Assembly (NCBI GenBank): GCA_964404025.1
Contig: CAYOIJ010000002.1
Location: 23,839 to 87,838, forward strand
DNA length: 64,000 nucleotides
From: an uncultured Pseudomonadales bacterium
Lineage (GTDB): Bacteria > Patescibacteriota > Microgenomatia > UBA1400 > PJMF01
Direction of reading: 5' to 3'
The notes under the pieces were generated by a model. It worked only from the letters and a program-made list of their open reading frames with translations. It ran no database searches and was not told where the DNA came from. Positions 19,616 to 30,497 of this stretch are shown one piece after another. Every line of letters begins with the position of its first letter. The first letter of the stretch is position 1. A program made the translations under genes and the position numbers.

Positions 19616-20440
19616 TCACTGGGCAGAAATTTTAGCTGCAACACTAATATCAATTGGACCCAAGGGTATTTTATTGTCTAAATCATCAACAAATAAGAGT
19701 ATTACTCTACCTCGGGTATTATTTGACCAAACCTTTCCTTCTCTAATCACTTCTGGTGATCCTCCAAATTGTTTTTGCACCCAAGCTGCCGGACCAGCAT
19801 CAGCTACCACTCCAACTACCGCCACCTGTTCGCTGGGGTTAATCATAATCATTTTGCGATATTTGTACCAGGGCTTAAGTTCTGGATAATCTTGGTTCCA
19901 ATTGGGTAAATACATCAATTGCACCGCAAAATAATATTTTTCTCTCATAATTGCTTCTTCACTTAATTGTCCTGCCTCAGTAAACCAAGAAAAAGCCCCT
20001 CTTTTTGGCGCTATACCTGCCTCTCGATAAGCATCATGTTTATCTAAAGTATCACCGGGATAACGCATTAAATGTTGTTCAGCGCCCATAATGCCAATGC
20101 TATGATTTAATTTTTTACCCTCCAATTCGTGACGTACATCGAAACCTAAAATTAAACTTAATTGTTGTTCTAAATATAGCTGACTCTCTGTTTCTAAATG
20201 ACCTGCCGGTCCATTGACATAGGAGTTTAATTTAGCAATTATTTCTTGATATTCGGTAACAGACAAATCTAGTGCCAAATCATCATCCTTTTCTCTACCA
20301 GTTTTGGCATAAACAGCTTGATCCGGTAAAATCTCATTCACCACATGAGGATTCATCATTGCCACTTGACCGGCCATAGCTAAACTAGCCACAAGTTGTT
20401 GAGAGCCATTTTTAAAATTGGCTGTTTTTTTCTTATTCAT
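19616..20440 (-). CDS. Conserved hypothetical protein (possible DPBB-like C-terminal fold)
   Basis: 274 aa, no firm match. The C-terminus ...VVADAGPAAWV...IDISVAAKI is loosely reminiscent of RlpA-like double-psi beta-barrel endings. Weak. Confidence 0.3.
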   Translation of the reverse strand: MNKKKTANFKNGSQQLVASLAMAGQVAMMNPHVVNEILPDQAVYAKTGREKDDDLALDLSVTEYQEIIAKLNSYVNGPAGHLETESQLYLEQQLSLILGFDVRHELEGKKLNHSIGIMGAEQHLMRYPGDTLDKHDAYREAGIAPKRGAFSWFTEAGQLSEEAIMREKYYFAVQLMYLPNWNQDYPELKPWYKYRKMIMINPSEQVAVVGVVADAGPAAWVQKQFGGSPEVIREGKVWSNNTRGRVILLFVDDLDNKIPLGPIDISVAAKISAQ

Positions 20441-21893
20441 AGTTTTTTATTTTTTTTGCAGCCAAAGTTAGTCTTTTTAAAATTAGCTCTTGTCCTAACA
20501 CTAGCATTGTTTCAAACAGGGGTGGAGTGGCCATTTTACCAGTCATAGCGATACGCAACATCATAAAATATTGACCCTTACTCCAATTATTTTCTTCTTG
20601 CAACTGTCTAATTTCTTTCTCCAAATCTTCTAAATTAAAATCAGACAAACCCTCAATTAATGCTTTAGTTAGTCCAATTTGTTGATTAAGTAAATCTTTC
20701 TGGCCATTAGCCTTTTTAAAAAGCAATTGAGCTTCATAGCCAATTTCTTGATAGAAAAAATCAGTCAGAACTGTAAAATCAGCCAAAGTCACCAAGCGCT
20801 CATAAACCAAAGATAAAATAGCGTCTAGTTTCTCCTGAGGAAAGTCTTCAGGTATAAATGCTTGAAGACGCTTTTTTAGTTCTTCTCTAGATAAACGACG
20901 AATATAAACTCCATTGAGCCAGTTAAGTTTTTGAGTATCAAATACTACAGAATTCATGCTTAAGTCACTAGGATCAAACTCCTTGATGTATTCATCTAAG
21001 GTCATTATTTCTCTCTGATCAGCTGGAGACCATCCCAAAATCATTAAAAAATTTAGCACTGCTTCTGGCAAATAACCTCGATCTAAAAATGATTGGGCAG
21101 AAACGGTGCCTTTTCTCTTGCTCATCTTACCCTTACCATCTGGGTTTAAAAATAAGGGAAAATGTGCAAATACTGGCATAGGCCAATTAAAAGCTTGGTA
21201 AAGTAAAACATGTTTTGGTGTAGAACTAATCCACTCTTCACCTCTCATTACATGACTAACTTTCATTAAACTATCATCAACTACCACCGCTAAGTGGTAG
21301 GTTGGGTAGCCATCTGATTTCAATAAAACTTGATCGTCAACCTGACTAGAGTTGAAGCTAATCTGACCACGGAGTAGGTCTGTAAAAGTAATCTCTTGAT
21401 TTTCTGGAACTTTGAGGCGAATCACATAGGGCTCTCCAGCCGCAAGTCTCTTTTCCACCTCAGAATTTTCTAGCTGACGACAGTGTTGGTCATAGCGAGG
21501 CGCTTGATGTTGACTTTGTTGTTCTTGACGAATTTTCTCTAAGCGCTCTTTTGAACAAAAGCAATAATAAGCTTTACCTTTCTCTACCAATTCTTGAGCT
21601 TTTTCTTGATAAATATTTAAGCGCTGAGACTGAATATATGGTCCATAAGGACCTTCTTTTCCTGGGCCCTCATCCCAATCTAATCCATATTGCTTAATAA
21701 TGTCTTGAATTTTATCTACTCCACCGACTATCTCTCTAGTTTTATCAGTATCCTCAATCCTCAAAATAAACTGACCCTTATGGCGCTTTGCATAGGCATA
21801 ATTTTTTAACAATGTTGCCATGCTGGCCACATGCATTTCTCCAGTTGGACTAGGAGCCATTCTGCTACGAACTGCTGGCTGCTTGTCTTCCAT
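20433..21893 (-). CDS. gltX: Glutamate--tRNA ligase
   Basis: Class I motifs: PSPTGEMH (HIGH-type) and KMSKRKG (KMSKS). Anticodon-binding C-terminal domain of about 480 aa. Confidence 0.9.
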   Translation of the reverse strand: MEDKQPAVRSRMAPSPTGEMHVASMATLLKNYAYAKRHKGQFILRIEDTDKTREIVGGVDKIQDIIKQYGLDWDEGPGKEGPYGPYIQSQRLNIYQEKAQELVEKGKAYYCFCSKERLEKIRQEQQSQHQAPRYDQHCRQLENSEVEKRLAAGEPYVIRLKVPENQEITFTDLLRGQISFNSSQVDDQVLLKSDGYPTYHLAVVVDDSLMKVSHVMRGEEWISSTPKHVLLYQAFNWPMPVFAHFPLFLNPDGKGKMSKRKGTVSAQSFLDRGYLPEAVLNFLMILGWSPADQREIMTLDEYIKEFDPSDLSMNSVVFDTQKLNWLNGVYIRRLSREELKKRLQAFIPEDFPQEKLDAILSLVYERLVTLADFTVLTDFFYQEIGYEAQLLFKKANGQKDLLNQQIGLTKALIEGLSDFNLEDLEKEIRQLQEENNWSKGQYFMMLRIAMTGKMATPPLFETMLVLGQELILKRLTLAAKKIKNYE

Positions 21894-21895
21894 AA

Positions 21896-23002
21896 TTATT
21901 TTCTTTCCAAATAGTTGGGATGAATAGCATTAACAAAAGCTAGAAAATTATCATCACCTTTAAATACGTAAACTGCCTGTAAAAAGGGCTGGTGGTCAAA
22001 ATCATCATAATAAGCTAATTCAACTTCTCGAATTACCGCCCTCTCTAAATCCTGACCACTAGCAATATAGGCCTCTCCAGACTGCACCATTTTCCAAGCT
22101 GACCGAACACCCCTCAGCGGATAGGTTTCAAAAGTTGTGTAATCAACCTCATGATAAAAATAATCTATTTCTACAATAGAATTATTACTACTAAAAGCTC
22201 CTGTAATCACTGCTGAAATTACCCCTTTTTCACCACTGGGAGTATAAATTTTATAAATGTCATCGATAGGTGTTCGATTCAAATCTACTTGAACAAAATC
22301 TGCATCAGACAAAGAATAGGCAGAACTTAATTCCCCTCCCAAAGATTTTTTATAACTAATTTTTCCAGAACTAGTAGCTACATCTTTGGGCATTAGGCCT
22401 CCATCAGTTAGAAAACTTTTAACTCTATCGGTTGCTTCAAATTCCTCAGGCAAACGACGATTATCACTGCTCATTAATAAATCTGGCTTAGTCAAATAAT
22501 TGCTACTAATAGAAAAAGTTAAAAAAGCAGCATCGATTTCCATACTCATATCGAGAGGTTGGGTTTTGGTAAAGCGATAAAGTTCACCCGAAATAACCTC
22601 TGGAGAAAAAATAAAACCATATTTAGCCGCTATTTCTTTAACCTTTTGGTCTGTTAGTAAATTGATAGCTGGCTTGGGCATAAAAAAAACTTTGATTTGA
22701 TCAACAGAATCAGTCAAAGACCCCGCCATCTCCAAAATATATTCCTTGGGTTTCCCCTCATCGTCCTGATCTGGGAAATTTAAGTTGGGCAAAATACCAA
22801 AACCTACAGTTGGAGGTGGAGGTCCAGGAGGATGAGTTCTTTTCCAATAATCAAGAAAAAGGTTCCAAAAAATCCTACCCAGCATTAAGACCACCAAGCC
22901 AATTATTAAAATTTTTAAACCAACTCGACTAAAATAATTAATATTACTTAAGTTAGGCTCGACACTAGTGTTTTTGCTCTTGTTGATTGATTGATCGCTC
23001 AT
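21896..23002 (-). CDS. Hypothetical membrane-anchored protein
   Basis: 368 aa. One N-terminal TM followed by PPGPPPP and a large extracytoplasmic domain. No recognisable family. Confidence 0.35.
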   Translation of the reverse strand: MSDQSINKSKNTSVEPNLSNINYFSRVGLKILIIGLVVLMLGRIFWNLFLDYWKRTHPPGPPPPTVGFGILPNLNFPDQDDEGKPKEYILEMAGSLTDSVDQIKVFFMPKPAINLLTDQKVKEIAAKYGFIFSPEVISGELYRFTKTQPLDMSMEIDAAFLTFSISSNYLTKPDLLMSSDNRRLPEEFEATDRVKSFLTDGGLMPKDVATSSGKISYKKSLGGELSSAYSLSDADFVQVDLNRTPIDDIYKIYTPSGEKGVISAVITGAFSSNNSIVEIDYFYHEVDYTTFETYPLRGVRSAWKMVQSGEAYIASGQDLERAVIREVELAYYDDFDHQPFLQAVYVFKGDDNFLAFVNAIHPNYLERK

Positions 23003-23049
23003 AGAATTTACTTATTAGTATAATGGCTTCTGCCAGAGGATTCAAGCTT

Positions 23050-24015
23050 TTAAAAAACAGTAGCTGTTGGATCTTCTCTAAGGTCAATAAATTGATAAGT
23101 ATTAAAAATCCAAGCTAATAATTTTTCAGTATCTTCGTAACGATCTTGACTATTCATTAAACTAATCAAAATTTCTCTACCATTGCGTCTTACCAGCGTT
23201 ACTAAAACTTGGCCAGCCAAACTTGTAGTTCCAGTCTTAACCCCACTCACCCCACTCAATCTTCCTAAGAGTTGGTTGGTGTTGAATAATTGGTAAAAGG
23301 AATTTTTTTCTTGCATATTCTTTTCACTAAAAGAATTAATTTCTAAATAGGGAGTTGCAACCAATTGACGCAAGTAATTATTCTTTAGAAGTTCTCTGGC
23401 TAAAATATTAAGATCTCTAGCACTACTTCGTTGTTCAAACTCATCCAGTCCAGCTGGATTAGTAAAAAAACTATCTTTTAAATTAAGCTCTTGAGCTTTT
23501 TGGTTCATAGCTCTTACAAAAGCTTCTAAGCCTCCTTCATAATTATTAGCTAAAACATAGGCACTGTCATTCGCAGAAGAAACTAATAATGAGGCTAATA
23601 AATCTTTAACCATTAATTGTTCGCCAACTTGTAAATCAATTCCATTGCCAGGTACCTTTGCTTCAAAATTAACACTCAATAACTGGTCTAACTGATAATA
23701 ATCAACTACCACCAATGCAGTTAACATTTTGACAGTAGACGCTGGATACAGTTTTGACTGCGCTTCTTTTTCATATAGTAAAGTACCAGTTTCCAAATCA
23801 AAGGCATAGGCACTTTCGGCTGTTAAAGATAAATTTTCCCAAAAATAATCTTGATCAATATCTAAGTTTTTATAAACCGGTATGACTCCAAGCGGCCGCA
23901 AATAGAGAGCCTGTTTTTCAATAGTTTTGCTTGGATAAAACAAAAAGAATAAAGTAAGCAATAGAGATACAACAATTAAAACAAATAAAAAAGGTCGCCA
24001 ATTTTCAGTCTTCAC
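23050..24015 (-). CDS. D-alanyl-D-alanine carboxypeptidase (class A low-MW PBP, DacA-like)
   Basis: SXXK (ASTVKML), SXN (SSANDS) and KTG (KTGTT) motifs in the correct order. N-terminal TM/signal. Confidence 0.75.
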   Translation of the reverse strand: MKTENWRPFLFVLIVVSLLLTLFFLFYPSKTIEKQALYLRPLGVIPVYKNLDIDQDYFWENLSLTAESAYAFDLETGTLLYEKEAQSKLYPASTVKMLTALVVVDYYQLDQLLSVNFEAKVPGNGIDLQVGEQLMVKDLLASLLVSSANDSAYVLANNYEGGLEAFVRAMNQKAQELNLKDSFFTNPAGLDEFEQRSSARDLNILARELLKNNYLRQLVATPYLEINSFSEKNMQEKNSFYQLFNTNQLLGRLSGVSGVKTGTTSLAGQVLVTLVRRNGREILISLMNSQDRYEDTEKLLAWIFNTYQFIDLREDPTATVF

Positions 24016-24024
24016 TTCTTAATT

Positions 24025-25455
24025 CTAACTTGATTGCTTGTCTGCTGTCACGCTCAATTTGAGTTCGGCCAATTGCTTATCACTAACCTTACTGGGCGCT
24101 TCCATCACACTTGTTCTGCCAGTTGAAGTCATCGGGAAAGCCATAGTCTCTCTCAAGTTTTCCTCCCCTGTCATTAACATTAGCAAACGGTCAACACCAA
24201 AGGCGATTCCACCATGAGGGGGCGTACCTAACTCAAAAGCTCTTAACATGTGGCCCACGCTTTCTTCAATTTCCTTATCAGCATAACCCATGGTTTTAAA
24301 GGTAGCTCGTAACACTTCTGGCTGATGAGCACGTAAACTTCCACCACCGACCTCGTAACCGTTACAAACCAAGTCATATTGAGTAGCGATAATTTTTGCT
24401 GGGTTCTCTCCGGCTAGATGATCTTGAATGTGCTCTGAAATGGGACTAGAGAAAGGGTTGTGAGTAAAAGTCCAATTACTCTTGCTATCTAAAACTTCCG
24501 CTTGATCATTTTTGTCAACTTCTTTGAAAAAAGGAAAATTGATAACCCAAGCAAAAGCTAGAACTCCCTCTTCTTTATCCTTTTCACTACGCAAATCAAA
24601 ACGATCTGCTCCGTATTTATCCATTGCTTCTTGATAATCAACTTTTGGAAAATTTTGGTCTTTAATTTTAACTCCTAGCTCCTGACAAACACCCTTAACC
24701 ATCATTTCTAAGAGATGCATAATTTCTGTCTGAGACATAAAGCTCATTTCAATATCTAATTGGGTAAATTCAAAGCCTCGATCAGCTCTTAAATCCTCGT
24801 CACGAATGCAACGGGCAAATTGAAAATATTTTTCAAAACCAGCTGCCATTAATAATTGCTTATATTGTTGTGGACTCTGAGGTAATGCATAAAATTTACC
24901 AGGTTGGAAACGAGAGGGAACAATAAAATCCCGAGCTCCTTCTTTGGTCGATTTGGTAAGCATTGGTGTTTCAATTTCCACAAAATTTTGCTCTAAAAGT
25001 TTCTGGCGAAAAGCATTAACGAGTTTAGATTTTAAACGCAAGTTCTTTTGCAAACGCTGACGACGTAAATCTAAATAACGATATTGCAGACGCACTTCTT
25101 CATTAATCTCCAAACCATCACTATCAACACCAATAGGTAGTTCTGAACTTTTGTTTAAAACCTGATAGTCTTCGACAAACAATTCAATCTTGCCAGTAGC
25201 CATCTCTTGATTAATTAGATTTTCTGGTCTTTTATTAATTCGCCCAACTACTTCTACTACTGATTCAATTGTTAAATCTTTGAGCTTATCTTTAATACCC
25301 ACACACTGGATTAATCCTGATTCATCGCGCAAATCTATAAAAGTCACTTTACCATGATCACGTTTATTAGCGACCCAGCCAGCCAACTTCACCGTTTGAC
25401 CAAGTTCATTTTCAGTCTTACTTATAGCGATTCGAGATAAATTTGATTTTGACAT
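24025..25455 (-). CDS. aspS: Aspartate--tRNA ligase (bacterial type lacking GAD insertion)
   Basis: QSPQQYKQLLMAAGFEKYFQFARCIRDEDLRADRGFEFTQLDIEMSF is nearly identical in pattern to the AspRS motif-2 region. GGGSLR and GIAFGVDRLLMLMTG match motif 3. Start set to ATG at 25455 (MSKSNLSR...). The 32-codon GTG extension to 25551 looks non-native and would overlap the divergent gene. Confidence 0.8.
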   Translation of the reverse strand: MSKSNLSRIAISKTENELGQTVKLAGWVANKRDHGKVTFIDLRDESGLIQCVGIKDKLKDLTIESVVEVVGRINKRPENLINQEMATGKIELFVEDYQVLNKSSELPIGVDSDGLEINEEVRLQYRYLDLRRQRLQKNLRLKSKLVNAFRQKLLEQNFVEIETPMLTKSTKEGARDFIVPSRFQPGKFYALPQSPQQYKQLLMAAGFEKYFQFARCIRDEDLRADRGFEFTQLDIEMSFMSQTEIMHLLEMMVKGVCQELGVKIKDQNFPKVDYQEAMDKYGADRFDLRSEKDKEEGVLAFAWVINFPFFKEVDKNDQAEVLDSKSNWTFTHNPFSSPISEHIQDHLAGENPAKIIATQYDLVCNGYEVGGGSLRAHQPEVLRATFKTMGYADKEIEESVGHMLRAFELGTPPHGGIAFGVDRLLMLMTGEENLRETMAFPMTSTGRTSVMEAPSKVSDKQLAELKLSVTADKQSS

Positions 25456-25522
25456 AAACTGCTTTATTATAAAGCTAAATTGAATTTTTTTGTTTAAGCA
25501 ATTAAAAAACAAGTTCTGATTT

Positions 25523-26629
25523 ATGAAATTTAAAACAATTATTCTTATCACAGTAATAGGCGTGCTGGGCAGCCTGCTAGGCTTATGGCTATCACAAAAA
25601 CTATTTTTTAATAAAACTTTAGTTAATCCTTTTGTTAAAAATACAAAGTTTGAACAAGATTTACCCTTGCAAATCTACACTATTGAGAATTTACAAAAAC
25701 AAAATTTTCCAACCAGACAAGCCATTACAATAACTGGGGTTTTAACTAGTGAGGGTCAAACAGAAAAATTTATCTTTAATTATCACAGTCAGGGTAAAAA
25801 TATTTCTGGCGCTCTTAATATCGCCTATCCTCCAAAGCAATTAGTACAGGGCAGCACCATTGAATTGCCAGTTATTATTTTACTAAGGGGTTGGACGCCA
25901 ATAGATAATTACTATATTGGACTAGGCACAAAAAATGCTGCTCAAGCCTTTGCTCAAGCAGGCTATCTGACTGTAGCTCCAGATTTTTTGGGATATGGTC
26001 AAAGCGATAGTGATTTAAATGATACTTGGGAAGCTCGTTTTATCAAACCAGTTAATGTTATTGATTTGCTTAATACCCTAAAAGCTTTTCCTGTAATAAA
26101 CATACCGGAAGAATTTGGCAGCACTATTCAAAAAATTAAAATCCAACCCAAACAAATTGGTATCTGGGCTCATAGTAATGGAGGACAAATTGCCCTAAAT
26201 ACCCTAGAGATTTTACAAAACAGTATTCCAACCACCCTTTGGGCGCCAGTCACTGCTCCATTCCCCTATTCTGTTCTTTTCTATAGTGATGAGCACTTAG
26301 ACGAAGGTAAAGAGATGCGCAAATACCTCAGTATTTTTGAGAAAGATTATAATGTTTTTGATTTTTCACTGACTCAACACCTTGACGCTCTTCAAGGGCC
26401 ACTCCAAATTCACCACGGCGCTAAAGATCTGGAAGCACCAATTACTTGGTCTGAGGATTTTATTAAAAAATTAGAAACTGAAAATCAAAGACGATCGAAC
26501 CTAAACAAAGAACCAATTGTCTATAATTACTATCGCTACGAAGAGGCTGACCATAATCTACAACCCAATTGGCAAACCGCTATTAATAGAGATATTAATT
26601 TTTTCAATCAAGAACTTAAAAGCAATTAA
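25523..26629 (+). CDS. Secreted alpha/beta-hydrolase-fold protein (putative esterase/peptidase)
   Basis: N-terminal signal/TM. Nucleophile-elbow-like GIWAHSNGGQIAL (G-x-S-x-G-G) with downstream Asp/His candidates (EEADH). Confidence 0.5.
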   Translation: MKFKTIILITVIGVLGSLLGLWLSQKLFFNKTLVNPFVKNTKFEQDLPLQIYTIENLQKQNFPTRQAITITGVLTSEGQTEKFIFNYHSQGKNISGALNIAYPPKQLVQGSTIELPVIILLRGWTPIDNYYIGLGTKNAAQAFAQAGYLTVAPDFLGYGQSDSDLNDTWEARFIKPVNVIDLLNTLKAFPVINIPEEFGSTIQKIKIQPKQIGIWAHSNGGQIALNTLEILQNSIPTTLWAPVTAPFPYSVLFYSDEHLDEGKEMRKYLSIFEKDYNVFDFSLTQHLDALQGPLQIHHGAKDLEAPITWSEDFIKKLETENQRRSNLNKEPIVYNYYRYEEADHNLQPNWQTAINRDINFFNQELKSN

Positions 26630-27750
26630 TTCTTTCCCTCGGTCAACAATTGTCCTGATCCAGTCCGATACTCTTCAATCTTGTGAATCCTTTTTTCCAT
26701 TTGTTTTTTACGAGTGCTTGCTAAAGTGTCATAATTCTTTTGCAAACTAGTAATGCTCCGCCCAAATTTTTGAAACTCCTCATCAAACCTTAACCATTCA
26801 GTACTAAAGGCATCTACTTGCTTAATTACTTCTTGGATTTTTTTGCCCACCATAAAATTACGGTAACTTTCCATAACTGTTCTTGCTACTACTAAAAAGG
26901 TAAAGGGGGAACACAAAATCACTTTTTTGCTTAAAGCTTCATCAATCACTTCTGAAAATTTTTGATTAATAAAAGAAAATAACATTTCATTTGGCACAAA
27001 TAAAATAGCATAATCTAGGGTGTCACTCTCTGGGGAAATATATTCAGCTACTTTATCTATTTTAGCTTTGAGATCTCGACCAAACTGCTGCATGTGAGTC
27101 TTTTTTTCTGATTTACTCTCTGTATTTGACATTTGCTGGACAGCAGCATAGGGAAATTTAACATCAACTGGCACATTTCGCTGGTCAGGCAGCAAGAGAG
27201 TAATGTCTGGTTTTAAATTAGAAGCTTTCTGTTTACTTTGACGCAAATAGTGTTGTCCTTCTTGAAAACCACTAGCTTTCAGTAAATCTTCAATAATTCG
27301 CTCTCCCCAAGCTCCACGCTGTTGATTATTACTAATCATATTAGCTAATTTATCAGTTGATATCTTTAAATCTTTAGTTAAATTACGGTGATCCTCAATG
27401 GCTGTGGTAACCCCACTAATTTTGTCAATTTGTTTCTTTTCAATCTCTCGAATCTCTTTTTGTCTTTGATTTAAGTCTTCCTGCAACTGTTTAACTAACT
27501 TCTCAATAATTGCCTGTTTATTAGCCAAATCAGTCTTTAATAAATTTTGTTCACTTTGCAGTATGTTTTTGCTTTGTTCAGCAATTTTATTAGCTGTCAT
27601 ACCAAAAACTTTATTGACAGCCGTCTCTAATTTCTCATCTAAAGCTTGATCCTCTTCTTTCAAGTTAGCTTGCTTTTTTAGTAAAAAATAAACTAAGAAA
27701 GAAACAAGAGTTATTAGTAACAACAAAGAAACAATGATGACAAGATTCAT
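26626..27750 (-). CDS. rmuC: DNA recombination protein RmuC
   Basis: N-terminal TM, long coiled-coil, then the C-terminal RmuC nuclease-like region (ILFVPNEMLFSF...). Confidence 0.7.
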   Translation of the reverse strand: MNLVIIVSLLLLITLVSFLVYFLLKKQANLKEEDQALDEKLETAVNKVFGMTANKIAEQSKNILQSEQNLLKTDLANKQAIIEKLVKQLQEDLNQRQKEIREIEKKQIDKISGVTTAIEDHRNLTKDLKISTDKLANMISNNQQRGAWGERIIEDLLKASGFQEGQHYLRQSKQKASNLKPDITLLLPDQRNVPVDVKFPYAAVQQMSNTESKSEKKTHMQQFGRDLKAKIDKVAEYISPESDTLDYAILFVPNEMLFSFINQKFSEVIDEALSKKVILCSPFTFLVVARTVMESYRNFMVGKKIQEVIKQVDAFSTEWLRFDEEFQKFGRSITSLQKNYDTLASTRKKQMEKRIHKIEEYRTGSGQLLTEGKN

Positions 27751-27772
27751 ATGAATTAAGTATACTAGAAGT

Positions 27773-28180
27773 ATGAAAACTACCCAAGCTCTAAAAAAAA
27801 GACGGGGTCAATCCAGATTAAAGAAACAAGAATTAGTTCAGATAAGAAAGAGGCGCTCAGCACTTGATCTTGTTTTCGCCTTTGTAAGTATTAGTTTATT
27901 AATCTTATTGATGTTTTATAGCTCTCCAAGTGATGTTGCCAACTTTATTTTACCTAGCAGCTACCTACCTCTCTTGCTCTTAGTATTTTTTAGCAGCTTT
28001 TTTCTCTTCAAATTCATACTTCTTAATCAGGGTTTAGCTTTTTGTATTGCCTTTAATTTATTGCTGTTGTTGTTTTTTTATTTACAAAATTTAATTTTTA
28101 ATTATTATTTAATAATTATTTTAATCTTAGCGCCTTTAGTCTGGATGATCTTTCACCAGATCGAGAAAAGACTGTTATAA
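27773..28180 (+). CDS. Hypothetical membrane protein
   Basis: 135 aa. Basic N-terminus and 3-4 TM helices. Immediately upstream of and abutting metG. Confidence 0.3.
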   Translation: MKTTQALKKRRGQSRLKKQELVQIRKRRSALDLVFAFVSISLLILLMFYSSPSDVANFILPSSYLPLLLLVFFSSFFLFKFILLNQGLAFCIAFNLLLLLFFYLQNLIFNYYLIIILILAPLVWMIFHQIEKRLL

Positions 28181-29610
28181 TGAAAGGTCTTATGAGTCAA
28201 AATTTTTATATTAGCACCACCCTACCTTATGTTAATGCTACACCCCACATCGGTTTTGCTTTAGAAATTATTGGAGCTGATGTAATTGCTCGTTATCATC
28301 GAGAAATTCTCAATCAAGAAGTCATTTTTAATACTGGCACCGATGAGCATGGCCAAAAAATAGCCAGCCAGGCTCAAAAGCTTAATCTTAAACCTCAAGA
28401 TTTTTGTGATCAACAAAGTAAACAATTTCAAAAGCTAAAAGAGCAATTGGATTTAAGTAGCACTCACTTTATTCGCACCACTAGCCCACAACATATGAAA
28501 GCTGCTCAATATTTTTGGCAACGCTGCTATGCAAAAGGTGATATTTATAAAGCCAGTTATCCAGTTCAATACTGTGTGGGCTGTGAATTGGCTAAAACAA
28601 CTAGTGAGTTGATAGACGGACGCTGCCCCCTTCACCCTAAGCAAAAACTTGAGCTACGAGAAGAAGAAAACTATTTTTTTCGTTTCAGTAGATACCAAAA
28701 AGCTTTGTTAGAACTTTATAATTCTCGGGCTGACTTTGTTAAACCAAGCTCTCGTTTCAAAGAAATTAAGTCTTTTGTTAGTGCTGGCTTAGAGGACTTT
28801 AGCATTTCTAGACTAAAGAAAAATATGTCTTGGGGCGTACCAGTTCCAGGAGACGATGAGCATGTAATGTACGTTTGGTTTGACGCTTTAATCAATTATA
28901 TTTCTACCTTGGGCTGGCCTGAAAATTTAGATAAATTTAAACAGTTTTGGCCTGGTATTCAAGTAGCTGGAAAAGATAACTTGCGTCAACAAGCAGCCAT
29001 GTGGCAAGCTATGTTGCTCTCTGCCGACTTGGATAATTCTCAACAAATTCTTATTAATGGTTTTATCGGAGTTGATGGTCAAAAAATGAGCAAGTCACTG
29101 GGTAATGTTATTAGCCCCAGTGATATGATTGAGCGTTATGGTACAGATGCTACTCGATATTTACTAATTAAGCTGGGTGCCTTTGGAGAAGACATGGATG
29201 TTAGTTGGCAAAAGTTTAACACTACTTTTAATGCTTTTTTAGCCAATGGACTAGGAAACCTATGCTCTCGACTAGCTAAAATGGCAAATTCAGCAGAATT
29301 AAATATTAATTATCAGGCTCAGCTACCCGATAATTTTAAAAACAGCATGAATAATCATGACATAACCCAGGCTTTGAATATTATTGACCACGGATTGAGT
29401 GAAATTGATCAATATTTAGCTCAAGAAAAACCCTGGTCACTTGAGGGTGATAAACAACAAACAATTTTGCTTAAGGCTATCTACAAACTACTAGATTTCA
29501 ATTTAGCTCTGCAAATCTTTATGCCTTCTACCGCTAAAGTTATTAATCAGAGTTTTAATCAAGGACCTATCAAAGCTTTTGAAAAAGGTTTGTTTAGCAG
29601 AATAAAATAA
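28180..29610 (+). CDS. metG: Methionine--tRNA ligase
   Basis: Class I HIGH variant (ATPHIGF), KMSKSLGN, and the Cys knuckle CVGCE...CPLH of MetRS. Confidence 0.9.
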   Translation: MKGLMSQNFYISTTLPYVNATPHIGFALEIIGADVIARYHREILNQEVIFNTGTDEHGQKIASQAQKLNLKPQDFCDQQSKQFQKLKEQLDLSSTHFIRTTSPQHMKAAQYFWQRCYAKGDIYKASYPVQYCVGCELAKTTSELIDGRCPLHPKQKLELREEENYFFRFSRYQKALLELYNSRADFVKPSSRFKEIKSFVSAGLEDFSISRLKKNMSWGVPVPGDDEHVMYVWFDALINYISTLGWPENLDKFKQFWPGIQVAGKDNLRQQAAMWQAMLLSADLDNSQQILINGFIGVDGQKMSKSLGNVISPSDMIERYGTDATRYLLIKLGAFGEDMDVSWQKFNTTFNAFLANGLGNLCSRLAKMANSAELNINYQAQLPDNFKNSMNNHDITQALNIIDHGLSEIDQYLAQEKPWSLEGDKQQTILLKAIYKLLDFNLALQIFMPSTAKVINQSFNQGPIKAFEKGLFSRIK

Positions 29611-30497
29611 TGCCAATTTTTGACACTCATTGCCACTACAATCTTGAGCCACTTTATAGTGGTCAAGCTTTTTCTTTTAAAATAGAGAAAAATGACCCCA
29701 TTCTCAAAAAAAATTGGCAAGACCACTGGCAAGAGGCACAAAATAATGATATTCGAAAAAGCCTGGTTCCGGGCGCCGGTTTAAGCAGTAGTCAATTGGC
29801 CGCAGCAATAGCTAAAAAAGATCGAAATTTATATGCCAGTGTAGCTATTCATCCACTTCGTGTAGAAAAAATTAAACTGAGAAAAGCGATGAACACCATT
29901 GAGCAATTGACTAGAGAAAAAAGCGTACTAGCAATTGGCGAAACAGGTTTAGATTTTTTTCATTTTTCAAAGGAAAGTGAGGTAGATAAAAATCAAAGCA
30001 TTAAGCAAGGTCAAGAAGAATTATTTATTGAGCATATTAAATTAGCTGTAAAAAAGAAGCTAACACTTATTATTCATGCTCGTGATCAAGGCGAGGAGGC
30101 TTATTGGCGTATTTTAGAAATTTTAAAAAAACATTGGCCAGCTAAAGAAAATATTATCTTTCATTGTTTATCAGGTCCAATAGATTACATTAAAGAGGCT
30201 ATGACTATTGAAAATAGCTATTTTGGCTTTGATGGCAATTTAACTTTTAAAAACGCTAATTATCTAAGAGAAATTTTTCAACTAATCAACAAAGAAAAAG
30301 CTGATAAAATTTTATTAGAAACCGATGCTCCCTATTTAGCTCCAGCACCTTATCGAGGTCAGGTTTGTGAACCAAAAATGATAACTCAACTCGCTAACTT
30401 TGTTAAAAACAATTTAGAAGCTGACTTAGATCAGATCTACCAAAATTCTCTACTTGCTTTTAAGCTACAAAATAACTCAAACAAACATAATGATTAA
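29610..30497 (+). CDS. tatD: TatD-family metal-dependent hydrolase (DNase)
   Basis: MPIFDTHCHY N-terminal signature. GETGLDF, HARD, and D...APY at the C-terminus. Confidence 0.85.
   Translation: MPIFDTHCHYNLEPLYSGQAFSFKIEKNDPILKKNWQDHWQEAQNNDIRKSLVPGAGLSSSQLAAAIAKKDRNLYASVAIHPLRVEKIKLRKAMNTIEQLTREKSVLAIGETGLDFFHFSKESEVDKNQSIKQGQEELFIEHIKLAVKKKLTLIIHARDQGEEAYWRILEILKKHWPAKENIIFHCLSGPIDYIKEAMTIENSYFGFDGNLTFKNANYLREIFQLINKEKADKILLETDAPYLAPAPYRGQVCEPKMITQLANFVKNNLEADLDQIYQNSLLAFKLQNNSNKHND

Noticed and set aside
25456-25551. GTG-initiated 32-codon N-terminal extension of aspS (MIRIIVLNFINQNLFF...)
   Set aside because: Low-complexity, would overlap the divergent gene start at 25523. An internal ATG (MSKSNLSR) gives a normal AspRS N-terminus. 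Similar over-extended starts were trimmed for the HTH/NTase gene (2902), dnaG (41241), the GT2 (30454) and the GT-C (31943).
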